Notes: a model not told the origin generated them from the letters alone. Numbered from the whole stretch's first letter, positions 11,590-24,416 are shown. The stretch: 63,666 bases of DNA, filler included, from Choristocarpus tenellus KU-1152 (GCA_964200185.2; 11 parts of 11 records of this genome joined end to end with filler, not necessarily neighbours in it), one strand, 5' to 3'. Numbers and translations are program-made.

Positions 11590-12450
11590 TGGTGCATAGT
11601 GGAGAAGGATCGATCACTGCTAACGGCATAAATGCTTCAACACTGATCCTATACAGGGCAGGGTCGCGTGGTGGCGCGTAGGTGACCTGATCAGTTGGTA
11701 CATCCTGAAGACTAGATGAAAGAAGAGAAAGCACAACTAAGCATGGACAAGGTTGTACTTCAGGAGGGGGGACGACCCATTGAACTTGACTGAGATAGAG
11801 CCTCAACTATGCTGCTGGCTTTCCTTGAGGTCGAGATCCCTGAGTTGGAGCTCATTTCCAAGATCCTTGGTAAGTTGTCGGAAATGTTATTCTTGAATAG
11901 CTCTTGTTGGATGCAGGAACCAGGGCAGAACTTTGCAGGATATAGGCAAGATGATCACATTGGGGTATGAGGAACTTCAAACCAGGGAGTCCAAGATTGT
12001 ACTGAAGTCAGGCATTAGTAGTAGAGAGGAATGACCAAGTCGCACAGGTGCTGGGGGAGTGGCAGAAGCTTATCTGACCGAGGTAGCAAGTGCTGATGCT
12101 GGCACTACAACCCACAACATCTCGAACTATGAAGATTTGCTTGCTAGGGTTACAGCTCTAGAGATGGAGGGGTTTGACAACATGTCTACTGGCGGATTGA
12201 TTGACACTACAGGAGGCCGTGCAGATTAACAATTAGGTATAGATGTATCGCAGGAATGTTTGGTGAGATGACTCGTTGGATTACGATCACAAGGGGCATA
12301 GTGAGTTGTAGAGCTTTAGATGATGCCAGAGAAAATCTGTTTTTGGTGAAGTGAATGTTATGAAGACTATATGCCAACTGAGTTGCTGAATATCCACATG
12401 TCAAATGTATGGTTAGGTCAGACATGGAAGACAGTATTCTTACACACAAT
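11590..12450 (+). mobile_element. Possible decayed Copia-type gag/protease remnant
   Basis: Fragment VEIPELELISKILGKL resembles Copia gag; heavily interrupted, weak. Confidence 0.3.
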
Positions 12451-13219
12451 CAAAAGATGGGTGTCACAACTTGTCTGTATTTTGTTCTGCTACGGTAATA
12501 TCCATGGTTTTCTAGCTTCATGAACGCTCATTCTTGTTTCTCACTACTCATTTTGTGTAGTTAGTTACTAGGGGGTAGAATACTGAGTAATCCATTCTGC
12601 ACAGAAATATACTGCTTCATGTCCTGTAGTAAAACAGATCCTTATTGCAGATGCACACAGACCTTGTTACTTAATTATTGTGGATCACTACTACTACTCA
12701 GATGCCCCTTTCCAAGATGGACCTTTTATGTTTTGTCTCTTCAGTTGAAGAGGAAAGGGGAGTTCATCTTGAATCGATTCACTTTAAAATATGAGTGGTA
12801 CATTTTGACTGGAAAACATGTATCCACTGTTGTTTTTTGGAACGTGTATAGTACTGCACAATACCATTTTAGTGGTAGTAATATAATATTGTGGTACTTC
12901 AACAATCACCTAATGTATGCAGTAAACATTGCACAAAAGTTAAAAAAAGCCACAAAGGATAAATTCAAATTATGTTCCGACGAGGAGTGGAAGTTGAAGC
13001 AGTTCGACTACGACAAAAACGTTATGAAAAAGGTCCGAAAAAATGAGGGGTTCCTCTTGAAGCAAGGAGACACTTCGTTGGAGTAGGGCTTACGGAAGGC
13101 GTTTGTGTCCTTTACTTCTCCGATTTAGGTTCATTAACGAATAACGAGTGTGTCTATGCTTATTATAATTATGTCGTAGGTGACCCATGGTGTTGATGTA
13201 CACAGGTAAGCCCTAGTCT

Positions 13220-13590
13220 TGGGGAACCACCATTGTCATATCTCAACACTTATTCAAACGAAGGTTAAGGGTAGTTCTTCACACACAGGTTAGGGTTAGG
13301 GTTAAGGTTAGGGTTAGATTTTCGAAAGTGTGTGAGAAAAAGTTAAAAAAAGAGATGACAGCGGTGGAGGATCTTTGAGAGGTGGTGGTTCCCCAGTGCA
13401 CACCCTACTGCCGCACCTCGGTGTGAAACCTTTTCCACAAAGTTTTCTTGGCTGGTTAGGGATATTCTTCACACGTAAGGAAGAGTTATAGCTATGATAA
13501 TGAGTTGGGGCTGGGGTTGGGGTTAGGTTATTGAAAACGTGTGAGAAAAAGTTTGACAGTGGTCACTCCCGAAGAAGGGGGTTCCCCAGT
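13220..13590. mobile_element. Two tandem copies of a short inverted-repeat element with an internal telomere-like tract
   Basis: 13-bp IR TGGGGAACCACCA (13220) / TGGTGGTTCCCCA (13395); both copies share TTCTTCACAC..(GGGTTA-like)n..GTGTGAGAAAAAGTT..TGACAG..GGTTCCCCAGT. Confidence 0.6.
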
Positions 13591-14800
13591 ACATGTCAAT
13601 GGGAGGGAGATAGATTGTGCATGCATGGTGTGTAGTCAAGCTTGGCGGACACGGCATTTACCACAAAAAAACGCCTGGAACATGGGTTCAAAATAGTAGA
13701 ACAAAATATTTTTGGTCAAAAATGGGACATTATGCACACCTCGCACACATGTATCGGTCTATGAAATATATATGTGGTCTATAACACGTATCATGAACCG
13801 TTGGTTCATGACCAATTGTTATTGCAGAGCAGATCGTAGCTTTATAAATCGCGGAAAGATATTCCTTTCGGAATGAGGAGGCCCAGTCCTTTTGTAATTC
13901 GCTCACTTATAGACGCGCTGTTATTGGGACCACCAAACGAAAATTGAAAATATATACCTGGGTCGTGTCGTTATCGCACCCTATTTAGCACAATAGCAAG
14001 CTGTTTGATCTCAACACTTTCCTAGAATTAATCCTGGAGGCATATTTCGTGGGTGCTTCCCTTTGCTTTCAACCTATTCCCCATCGTGGGCGGGTAAGAA
14101 TCCCTCGAGGATAACTGATTATCTTGTTTGCATTCAGTTCCTTTAGTAGCAGAATTCCTTACCTATCTGGCAATGTTTGTCCCTCTATTCATACTCATTG
14201 TGTTCGATAATCCCTGGATGATGATGCGAGAAAAAAAGCATGTTGCCTTTGGTGATGTTATGCATTGTTGTTTGGAATGTGCTCACCGGTGTTGGTGTTT
14301 TGTCTCTACGTTAGACTACCCTAGTGGACATGCCCACCAGCTACATCTTAGGCTGGACTGGGAAGAGCGGGAGGGGGCGCAATTCGTATCTTCCACCATT
14401 CTCGTACGTATGTATCCATGTATCGTATACCTGACAGATACCTTAAGCAGGAACAGTCACAAATGATAGGAGGACAATACTGGTGGGGCAGTAATATGAA
14501 CTCTATCCGTGATACCCTTCATCCACAGTATCAGCAAGTATCACCAGAGGATTGCTATCACAAGATTGGTTAGCTACTCAAACGGTGTGTACAACTACAA
14601 CGACAACAAGGTGATGGATACTCCCAGTTGAAGATTAAAAGGTAAACAGTAGTGATTCCCAGCGAATGCATCACACTGGTACAACCAATAAAATATAGTA
14701 CCTACCACACATACACACATTGCCATGCTCACGGGAGCACCCCACTGGGGCACCCCCCTACTAAGGGAGCCACCATTCACAAGAAAAATATGTTATTGAC

Positions 14801-15438
14801 GGCATATTTATTGGCCGATTCTCCGATTTTTTGCAAGAAGGGATAGATTCTAGGCACAAGTTAGGGCACTTCAACAGGCACTGTTACCGAGCGAATTCAG
14901 CACATATTCCAAGTCATGCAAACTCTGGCCTTTTTGGTGCGATTTAACTCAACCTTTGTCCCGTATATTAAAGTTTCACTTATAACAAGTGCGATAGAGT
15001 CATGCACCATGTTGTGTATTCTGCCATGGATTGGTGTGTGTGAAGCAATTACTAAACCATAGAAGCGCTTGTATCAGGCTAGAAAAGAGGTGTATGTAGC
15101 TCTGCACAACCATCGAAATTCATGACACGATTGTTCTGTATTTTGTTTTTTGAGGCGCTCGTGGTGCTCACAATATGGTGCATTCTACAAAGCATCTTCC
15201 AAACAAGTATGTGTCAAGCACTGTGTAGTGGTACATGATACAATCACACGCTGTTGTAAGTGAAACTTCGATAGTCAGGCCAAGAGTTTAACAAAACATG
15301 ACACCAAGACTACAGAGTTTGCATGGATTGAAATACGTGCGGAATCACGTGGTGAATGCAACCGTTAAGGTGACCTAACTTGCGCTTGAAATCCTTCAAT
15401 CTGCGCGAAAAATCGAAGAATTGATTGGTCAACATGCC
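14801..15438. mobile_element. Foldback / long-TIR non-autonomous element (about 190-bp diverged arms, about 260-bp spacer)
   Basis: Reverse complement of 14801-14988 matches 15253-15438 in colinear blocks GTTRTAAGTGAAACTT, CAGAGTTTGCATG, CCTAACTTGYGC, AAAAATCGRAGAAT, AAYATGCC. Confidence 0.7.
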
Positions 15439-17001
15439 ACAAAAGCAAAAGGCAAGGGCATGTGGAATTCCGTAATAGGTGGGGGTTCCCCCAGGGCGGG
15501 TGATATTAAAACATAGGATATTCATCTTTTGTGTCATTGATACGATACAGTATTACCCGTTCATATTGACTGTTGACTCGCACATCGGTACTGGTCGTTA
15601 CTCTCATTTCCATCATTTGTACCTCATCATACGATCATCAATTACCGTTACAACCCCATGGTGCATAGCAAGTATGGAACAGTCGACATCTGTCAAACAC
15701 AAAAACATAGTGTGTGCCATACGAGTTGTCGCAGGTATTTATTCAAGTTGTTTCTTCGTCAAAATTGTGATCTTCACATCAGAACAACCAGTTGTGTCTC
15801 ATATATATATTTTTTCTCTCTCTGGTTACCTTGCCCCCACTTAGACCTCAAGTTCTCTTAGCACTAAGTGTCACACAACTAACTGGATGCAATATATTCA
15901 GAGTTAAAACATCCACAAAACCCTGCTTCACAAGGTGGCAAGCCTCTACACAGAGCATGAATCTCTTCCTTTGAATACACCAAGGAATACCCTTCATCAC
16001 TATACCAAATTAACTTCCGACTGTGCTAAGCATGTCACTAGGTTCATCAGCCAGAATTCATCGGTGGTTCATTGCACTGTGACACCCCTTCACAACAACC
16101 AGCCGGCCATCTTACAAGAGAGTATGACTAATTCAATACCATGTTTCAACAGGTCATGAGCCTCACACGATTCCCCTTCCAAAAACGTGATCCCGGGTTT
16201 CAACAGGTGACTCCCTAGTACATACCAACTGTCTGTAGTAGCGGAACAGGTCCATCACATAACGAAATATATGGAGAGCAGAATGAATGGGAGTGTGCTC
16301 ACGATGAAACAAAAAATGCTGGAATATCCACCAATATCGTACAGGAGTCTCTTCATCATGGAAGTAGGGCTACAGTATGGTAAACGGTGGCAGGTAACCT
16401 CAACTAGAGTAAGAGCCTCCCGCAATAATGCATCCAATCAGGTATCTCTACATAGTGTTTTTTGTTGTTTTCGTTGTCGTTGTTGTTCCTGTATTCCTAA
16501 AGAAATAATACTAATATATTTTGTGTAGGAGCACAAAGAATATCATAGTACAATTGACACCCTTACGATGGTCCAGTAGAAAAAAGACGAGTGTATTTGT
16601 CAATATGTTCGAATTACTTCATTGAGAACGTATGCAAGACACGTACTGAATAAGGTTTCAATTACAGTAATATGTAACCGAAAGCATTCGGGACAATGGT
16701 TCATGTCTTAGCGGGTTATATTTATTGACAATAATTGGTCATATTATGATAGAAAAATACCTTCACATACTACAATTTACTCTTCTACAGGGTTCCTTAT
16801 GATATTGAATTGACTAAACATTGTTTTTTCCCCTGACATGTGTGGAAAGCATGTTTGTCTGTTATTATACCGTTATTGCCGTATGCCATATGCCGTTATA
16901 CNNNNNNNNNNNNNNNNNNNNNNNNNNNNNNNNNNNNNNNNNNNNTTAATTAATTAANNNNNNNNNNNNNNNNNNNNNNNNNNNNNNNNNNNNNNNNNNN
17001 N

Positions 17002-17152
17002 CCCCCCTCCGATCTAAGAAAAACGGGCGCCCCACCCCCCCCCCCCCCAGATACTTTGACTCAAACACGATAGCCAAAATTACATAAAAATCGCAGCATT
17101 GGATTGTGGCCCCCAAATGGACGCGGCTCTATCCTCTAAGATACCTTGGGTC
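17002..17152 (+). mobile_element. MITE family B terminus (17002-17062) abutting the right part of a family A copy (17063-17152), itself next to Copia pol
   Basis: CCCCAGATACTTTGACTC then AAACACGATAGCCAAAAT..CCCCAAATGGACGCGGCTCTATCCTCTAAGATACCTTGGGTC. Confidence 0.85.
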
Positions 17153-17745
17153 CGGATTTGGGATTTGCTGCTTTACAATCATCTCAATCCATGAGTGAAC
17201 CTACAAATCACGATGTTGCTGCTGGAAAAAGAACCTCGAGATATCTTAAAGGAATGACTGACTTGTCCCTAACATACAATAAATGTGAGCTAAAAATCAT
17301 CGGATTTTCTGACGCAGCTTACACCAATAACACTAACTTGAGATCTATAAGTGGTTACATGTTTTTCTTGGAAATAGTGCTCTAGTCTGGAAGTCGAAGA
17401 AACAGAATATTGTAGCCCCTTCATCTACCGAAGCAGAAGTGATTGCACTATGTGCTGTAGTGCAAGAATCAGTTTACTGGAGGACTTTCTTACATGAAAT
17501 TGATTACTCGATTAATAACCCAGTAACGATTATGGTAGATAACAAGAGTGCCATACAGTTGGCCAATCATGGATCTTACAGTGTCAGAACGAAGCACATC
17601 TACATAAGACTTGCCTACATGGCAGACTTGGTTCAAAACCAGGATATTGACATTGAACATGTTGCGAGTGAAAATCAGTTTGCTGACAGTCTAACTAAGC
17701 ACTTGCCCAAACCTGCTTTTGGAAGACAGACAGGTGCTGAATGTT
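17153..17745 (+). mobile_element. Ty1/Copia RT C-terminus and RNase H fragment, one frameshift
   Basis: PDLGFA..KRTSRYLKG, GFSDAAY..RSISGYMF, WKSKKQNIVAPSSTEAE, VDNKSAIQLA, RTKHIYIR, NQFADSLTKHLPKPAF. Confidence 0.95.
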
Positions 17746-18739
17746 TCCCGTGGTAAGAACACTGAGGTAAGCAAATGATGTAAGTGATATCCAATGCCTG
17801 AACATTGAAGAGGAGTTCAATCCCTCACCATTAAAGAGGTTGATCATAGGACTGAGCACTGAAGAAGTTATCCATGACTGAAGAATGCGTAGTATGTCGC
17901 ACACTCATGTTGGTGAACTAATCACCCAACTCATTGAAGCTTAGTATTATAAGAGAAGTATTGGAAAGATATCAAATGGTTTGCCATTTCTTTCCCGAAA
18001 TAATGCCCCTTTTTTGGGACACAAAAAAAATGACTGCAAAAAACAAGGACCAGCAGGGAACTTTCACACAAAACCCTGACCTTTAATACCATTTGATCTC
18101 TCATTTTCCAAACTTAGTACCACATTAGCTTTTTTTCTTGTAAAGGCTAGATGAATGTGAGGTTATTCACAGTGGAATATCATTTCCTTACATAACCTCT
18201 TCATTAAATACACAGTAGTGTAAACACCCGACTGTTACTTAATGAAACTAATAGTCAGTGATGTCACCACTCAACCATTAGTTCTATATTAATACTCATT
18301 CATTAATAGTTTGAACTAATGGTCATTCATTCAGGTAATCATCAATGTTGTGTACTTAGTCACGTTGTGCAGAAGGTGAATCGTGCAAGGCTAATGATTG
18401 ATGAAGATTTTTTAATCTTGCAATTTCTAATCTTGTGACACACTGATACAAACGAATAGAGATTAGGGTAGGGTGTCAAAAATCAAGGTGCAAGAGATCA
18501 AGAAAGTCCATGTACAAGGTCCAGACCGTATCGCAAAGACAGAGAAGCCACGGAGCTAGTTCTATAGAATTATACAGGCTACTTGAGCGATTACAGTACT
18601 ATATAGCGCCAAGAGCAGTTAGATTGAAGTACAAGAATAGTTGCACATACAATGTATCGCGTTGTTGTATAACAGTATTGTTTTATATGACTGTTTGACT
18701 AGACTTGAAGTGCAACAATATTATTCATACAATGTAATA

Positions 18740-20902
18740 CAGTGTACCTATATAAGATAAGTCAATGTAAGAGAAAAAATATATAAGAGAGAGTGAATGG
18801 CCTTGTCACAACGTTTCAGACTATAAGAGAGGTTTCGGCGTTTTCCTGGCAATTCTCCCTTATATCAAGCAATCTCCCATTTTTTTTCACTACTTGATCA
18901 AGGGTTTTCCAAAAAGCCATGTCTAAAGTTAGACAAATTATAACAACGTAAGCCATAAACCTGCTCGAGATGAGCAGTACAAACCAAAGCAGTCTCTTGT
19001 CTCTCAGTACTGTACAGTGCAGCACTACAGTATATCACATGAAGTTTAGACGACTGCATTCTACAGATATAACAATGCCCTGCGCAGCGTGATCCAGCTG
19101 CAACATAAAGGGTATTACTCCTGGTCCGCCACACTATACATGCCATAAGTGTCGCGCGTTTCTAGCAGCTATCTTCATGGCATTTGCAGCGTTGTGGATC
19201 GATTATGTCTCCAGTGTTATGAAACGCGTGTGGAAATTGTGCGTGAGCTTAACCAAGTGCAGGGCTTTGAGTCCTCCAGCTGGTGACAACATGGCGTCGA
19301 AGCGCCATGACAACAAGAACAAGGGCAAGGGGAAGGAGATGCCAAATATATCTACGGAGAAAGTCTCTCCCTACAAGCCTTGCGGTGCCGACAATCGTAA
19401 ATATTTAAGCTTTGCAGAGAAGGTGGAAGTGTTGAGACTCCTGAAGACCATGACGGGATCTGAGGTTGCTAAAAAGTTTAGAATCGATCACAACACCCTC
19501 TAAAATTTGAAGGAGGCGACAATCATTATGGAGGAAGTGTAGACACTGAAGCCTGATGCCAAGTCTGCGAGGGGTTCCAAACATGTCGAGGTGCGTCGGC
19601 GGGTGGATTGAAAGTCTGAAATATTAGGTTGATTGTGATAGTGATTGAATTGTCTTTCTCCACCGTCTGCTGATGAGGATCATGATTGATTTTTTGAAAT
19701 TTTGCGCGCATTTTTGTTGTACCCGTAACGTCTATTTTGTGCACTATAGTATCACGAGTGGCTATTTTGCTCGTAGAAGGTGTCTCTATAAATTTATGAG
19801 GATCTCTCTAATGCTCTTGACGCTTTGCACCTCAAACCCGACGGAAAAACGTCTCAGGCTTCCATCAACACAGCAAGAGCGTGGATCGGTGTGAAAGACA
19901 ACGATGAAGTGGCCAATGCAATACTAGAGGACATGAAAGACCAGCTGCTCGAGAAATTCTTGTACCAGTCAGACAATGAAAGCTCAGGTGACGAGGATGA
20001 TGATAGGTTTATGGGAGGGGGCAGCGCATCGGGGGCTGTGAGCAAAGGAGCAGCCTCTTTGGTGTTCTCGATTCCTTCACTGTCGTACTTTCAAGTGGCT
20101 GACGAGTTTGCAAGCTTAGAAACAACCGTCGAAGAGTGCAGCATGAACGATGTTTCGTACCATCTCCGGAAAGCAAAGCTGACTTGACTCAGCGCAATCA
20201 GGGCAAGGACAATCAAATAAGCAGACATTTGAGATTTTTTGGCAGTCGAGATTTTTTTTATGAGTGAATACGTTGTTTTACCCAGTTCGTGGAATGGGAG
20301 GTGCATGGCGGTGCAGTTACATTTGATCCAAGGTGGTGTTTTTGATACTGTACTGTATATAATTCTTGTAGAGTGCAATTGAATATGTAGGGCAGGGTAT
20401 TGGAGGGAGATTGGCTTTGAACGTTGATTTTATTTGTACTTCCAGTCGTCTGTCCGGCCATCCAACGACTTGCGGATGCTTTTCTTGGGAATGTGTACTA
20501 TACATATGAGTGAGTACATCGTAATGAGTGTAATTTTACCCAAGGTGCAGTACGGTATACACATGACACTGGTATAGTATGTAGGGATGGTGTAGATGTG
20601 GTGCTTGCTGCACCACCACAACTCCATCGAAATGGGCTCACCGAGGGCAATGTTCAACACATATCTACATGTAACTACACTTGAAGGCACATGGGAAACA
20701 CCTACAGCAAGGACGTCGCTCTGTCTTCGTTTGGCGATAAGTACAAAGTGCCTACGACCACTTTTGTTCGATATAAAATAGGTTTCTCTTATCACGATCC
20801 CTCGGTTTAAGAGAAAGGCACTCTTATATACAATAAGAGAGGATCGGGATATAAGAGAGGGGATTTTTGCTTGCCCCTACCCTCTCTTATATAGGTACAC
20901 TG
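18740..20902 (+). mobile_element. pogo/Tigger-like (Tc1-mariner superfamily) DNA transposon, internally deleted
   Basis: TIRs CAGTGTACCTATATAAGA / TCTTATATAGGTACACTG with TA on the left flank; subterminal TATAAGAGAG repeats at both ends; N-terminal HTH RKYLSFAEKVEVLRLLK..GSEVAKKFRIDHNTL; acidic region and pogo-like tail ending ..IK*ADI*DFL; no DDE core visible. Confidence 0.85.
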
Positions 20903-21037
20903 ATTGTTCATTATTGTATAACATTATTGTCTGGTATAATTGTTTGAACTGGACTTGAAGTGTTACGGATTCTTGACTGCACTTGCCCTGTTGAACTTTA
21001 GTTCTATCAAAGTCCCCCCTTTCATAATTGGTGTTCA

Positions 21038-21182
21038 GGGTCAAAGTATCTTGGGGGGNNNNNNNNNNNNNNNNNNNNNNNNNNNNNNNNNNNNNNNNNN
21101 NNTTAATTAATTAANNNNNNNNNNNNNNNNNNNNNNNNNNNNNNNNNNNNNNNNNNNNCCACCCCCCCAGATACTTTGGGTC
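21038..21182. mobile_element. Two MITE family B termini facing a linker (21038-21058 and 21159-21182)
   Basis: GGGTCAAAGTATCTTGGGGGG and CCCCCCCAGATACTTTGGGTC; outer flanks differ (TCA vs TTT), so probably separate insertions. Confidence 0.75.
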
Positions 21183-21302
21183 TTTTGCCTTAAGTTGACG
21201 AATATTGAGATGGGTCTGCTTCAAGTCCGTAGCTGAACCTTTCGCTAGGTAAAACAGGGGGCTCATATCCTTGAATCTGAGGTCTGTCGTGTGTGAGTTA
21301 TC

Positions 21303-22100
21303 CTAGTTGTCAACAGATATTCTTGATGTGACCACATGAGCAAACGATCCCCTATCTAAGCTTGACATGGCGGTCGCTTGACCCAAAGCGGCATTGACCT
21401 GTGTGGCAAAGTTCTCGTACCTCTGAGGGGTTGAAATTAATACACCAAGGATTGACGGCAAAATACCCACATTAAATGAACAGTACAGGAGTCGGTCAGT
21501 GAGCAGGATACTCAGTTCGGTAGTAGTGAGTTTGACTGGATCAAGGTCAGCCCGGTCTTGGGGATTAAATCTCAACTCATGCACAAACCATCAATGGTCT
21601 CAGCCACTCGTCTTGCAAGAGCTCCGACATCCTCCTTTGGGTTCTGACGCATGTCAATCATCCTGTGTGGAAAGTTCTATCCATGGGGTTTGGAACCGAA
21701 AATTCTTTGAGGCCAGCCACGACAAAATCTTTCCACGAAGAAACATTGGAGGTTTCATAGAAGGATCTACCCCTTGCCTGGTCCGTGCTAGTTCCTCTAG
21801 GGATCTGGTGTTGAAATAAACACATGCACATGTGTCCCAAAATCTGATTATAAATGGTTACATGATGAGTTGGATCAACAAATTGGGGGTTGACAATAGC
21901 AATAGCACCCACACGGTTCTTGAAAATAGTGAACAACTTTACAAAAATTGACACTGGAGGGCAACCCTGATCTTGCACGTCCCAAAACCTTGCTGGGGAC
22001 AAGTCTTCGTGGGATGGGTACTTAACGACCAGGCGACTTGTATTTTGTGGATCAGATGCAGTACAACTATTAGTTTCCAGGTTTTGTTGGGTACTCATCT
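21303..22100 (-). mobile_element. Possible Gypsy-type gag remnant
   Basis: SSWKDFVVAGLKEF and FNVGILPSILGVL..YENFATQVNAA resemble retrotransposon gag; interrupted by a stop. Confidence 0.35.
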
Positions 22101-23249
22101 CTTCATGTTCAAAGTCTGCACTGCAGTCACCACTAAGCCCTGGTCATGAGGGTTCCCGGCAATTGCTTCGTCCACGATTTTCTTGGCGTACACGAGTTGT
22201 CAATCCATGTATGGTTGGATGTCGAATATCTCCATCGTACTGCTACCTCCAGTCTCCTTTCGGTCTTCTGACAGCACACTAAACCGGTTCAGGCCCTGTT
22301 TAAGGGAAGGGCCTTCCCTCATCCGTTGCTCCACCGCCCCTTCCTGCTCAAGCGAGCCACCAGGGGTGCATATGTAGATGCAGGAGCCGGTAGAGGTTGT
22401 GTATTATTAGCACCCGTCTCCTTACCTCCTTGAGTTGGGTTGGTGGTATTTGCTTCCTTTTTCTCTTTTCGTACAGACGTCTTCTCCTTACTGGATGAAG
22501 AGGAATTGGAATTGTAAGTGGAAGTGGAATTGGACCCACTTCTCTATGTCTCATAGTTCTTGATTGGGTAAGTCATGATGTGAAAGCGCAATTTGCCCCC
22601 TTGAACACTCAGTTTGAGTCTCCCACTGTGGAGGTGTCAACGCTCAAAAGTTCTTTGCAAAAGGGGGCAATCACAATCACCAGACTGAACTCTTCCACCT
22701 CAGAAAGTGAGACCGAGTTTCACAGGTCTTGGCCCAGCATCCCAGCGTCAATTGAGTAAATTCAGAACAGAAGCAAAACCATAGTGCACAACCAATATCA
22801 CAGAATGAGCATTGTCATCTGCAGGAAAATGGATCAGTCAGAATCGGAATGGGTCTTCGTTCTGACAGTCCTTCTCACTGGTTGGTCAAATCTAGATCTT
22901 GAGAGTGTGTCTGGTTTTGTGGACTGGTCGATATGGGCAAGTTCAATGATGTGGTTGGCACACATATTTGTGTATGGCTGCACGCTATACCCATAAAATA
23001 TATGTGTGGAAGATAATAAAAAGACCTCTCATTAACATTATTATATTACATAATACACTTTTGTATTATTTAATCAAATATGTCAGATTTTCAAGATAGG
23101 TCACCTTCAACGTATACCTTCTTTGCCAGATGGCTCTCACACATCGTCTTTTTCCTTGTATTATATTTCTTGTTTTTCTACAAGCAAATGTGTGTGGAAC
23201 ATGTTAGAGATGATACATATCATACTATATTGCTATAATACAATATTAC

Positions 23250-23385
23250 TGTTAGTGTTTTATAGTGTTTTCACATTTATGATATTTTCCTTAGGGCTTA
23301 TACTGACATATGTATAGTTTTCATTATTTGTTTTCCCCGATACCTCTGCAAAATGTCAGAGGGCATAATAATACAATACTACTAA
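23250..23385 (+). mobile_element. Stem-loop + (AAT)n retro-element 3' end
   Basis: About 130 bp colinear with the reverse complement of 11198-11324; ends CTGCAAAATGTCAGAGGGCATAATAATAC. Confidence 0.75.
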
Positions 23386-23655
23386 GATTCCTCTCACCCT
23401 ACAATTAACCCTACAATTATCATTTGAACAAAAACAACCAGTCTTAACTTCAAGAAGACATTGCAACCACTTAGTGTGAGAGAACCGATGTCATTACTAG
23501 GAATGTTGATACAAGTATCGACCTAGAAAGGATCCAATCCACTCAACACACATTGATGAAGTTCATAGGACAAACCTCTTTATATAGTAGGGAGTCAATG
23601 GCAATGGCGATACCATAGGTACTACTACAGGCTCCAATACACAAAAGTAATAAGC

Positions 23656-24416
23656 ATGGACAAGGGGCTCGCTATCGCTTTCGGGTTGCTAGGAGTGGGG
23701 TTAGTCCTTGTCGGGTATGAGTGTTACTTGATAGTCCGCTCACAGCAACAAACTATAACTGCGGTAAGAGAGGCGTGCCGACAACGCCAAAGTTGGCAAA
23801 GTGGAGGCCAGCGCAGGGGACTAAGCCCCACCATATCGAAGAAATTTTCCAGATTGAAGCTCAAAGCTGATGAGAACGAAGGGGGGCCCACTCCGGACAA
23901 GAAAAATCGCTGGTTTTCGCGTTTGCTAGGTAGAGATCGAGGACAAAAGGCGGAGTCGCTGAGGACTTCAGAGATTTCGAGCGAGTCCCTAAGCTCCGAG
24001 CCATGCCTAGTCTGCCTCGAGTCCATGGGTACGGGATTGCTGGAAGCACAATCTATCAGCCTCTTACGCCTTCCTTGTGGCCACATATTCCACGAGACAT
24101 GGTGAGCCTGCTTCCTGTTGAACGCACAACTTACATTCTCACTCTAATATTACTGTCGCTCCCACTTCCTTATCCCAGAACCCTTGGTAAAGGAAGGCAC
24201 AGACTTGGGCTCAACAAGTATACGGTTATCAATCGTGTGTGAACCAGAGGTAGCTAAGTATATGACATGGAACTTTTTTCCTGACTCTCTTCCCTCCTAC
24301 GGTTCGTCAGCATTGATATCTGGATGCGAGATTCTGTGGTGTGTCCAACCTGCAAGCGACGCTTGGACAGAGATTTGTCCATAGAAGAGCCTCTGAATCG
24401 TTTGACCTTTGTCTGA
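23656..24416 (+). CDS. Single-TM RING-H2 E3 ubiquitin ligase (ATL-like architecture), 183 aa, 2 exons
   Basis: Exons 23656-24101 and 24311-24416 with a phase-2 GT-AG intron give CLVC..LPCGHIFHETCIDIWMRDSVVCPTCKR, a complete C3H2C3; N-terminal TM LAIAFGLLGVGLVLVGY. Confidence 0.92.

Noticed and set aside
13640-16900. One 3-kb DNA transposon bounded by diverged TIRs
   Set aside because: Only two short inverted matches (CCGAAAG and AATTGGTCAT) have consistent spacing, and no recognisable transposase motifs lie between them.
21038-21182. One MITE spanning the gap, implying true contig adjacency
   Set aside because: Outer 3-bp flanks differ (TCA vs TTT), so there is no TSD.
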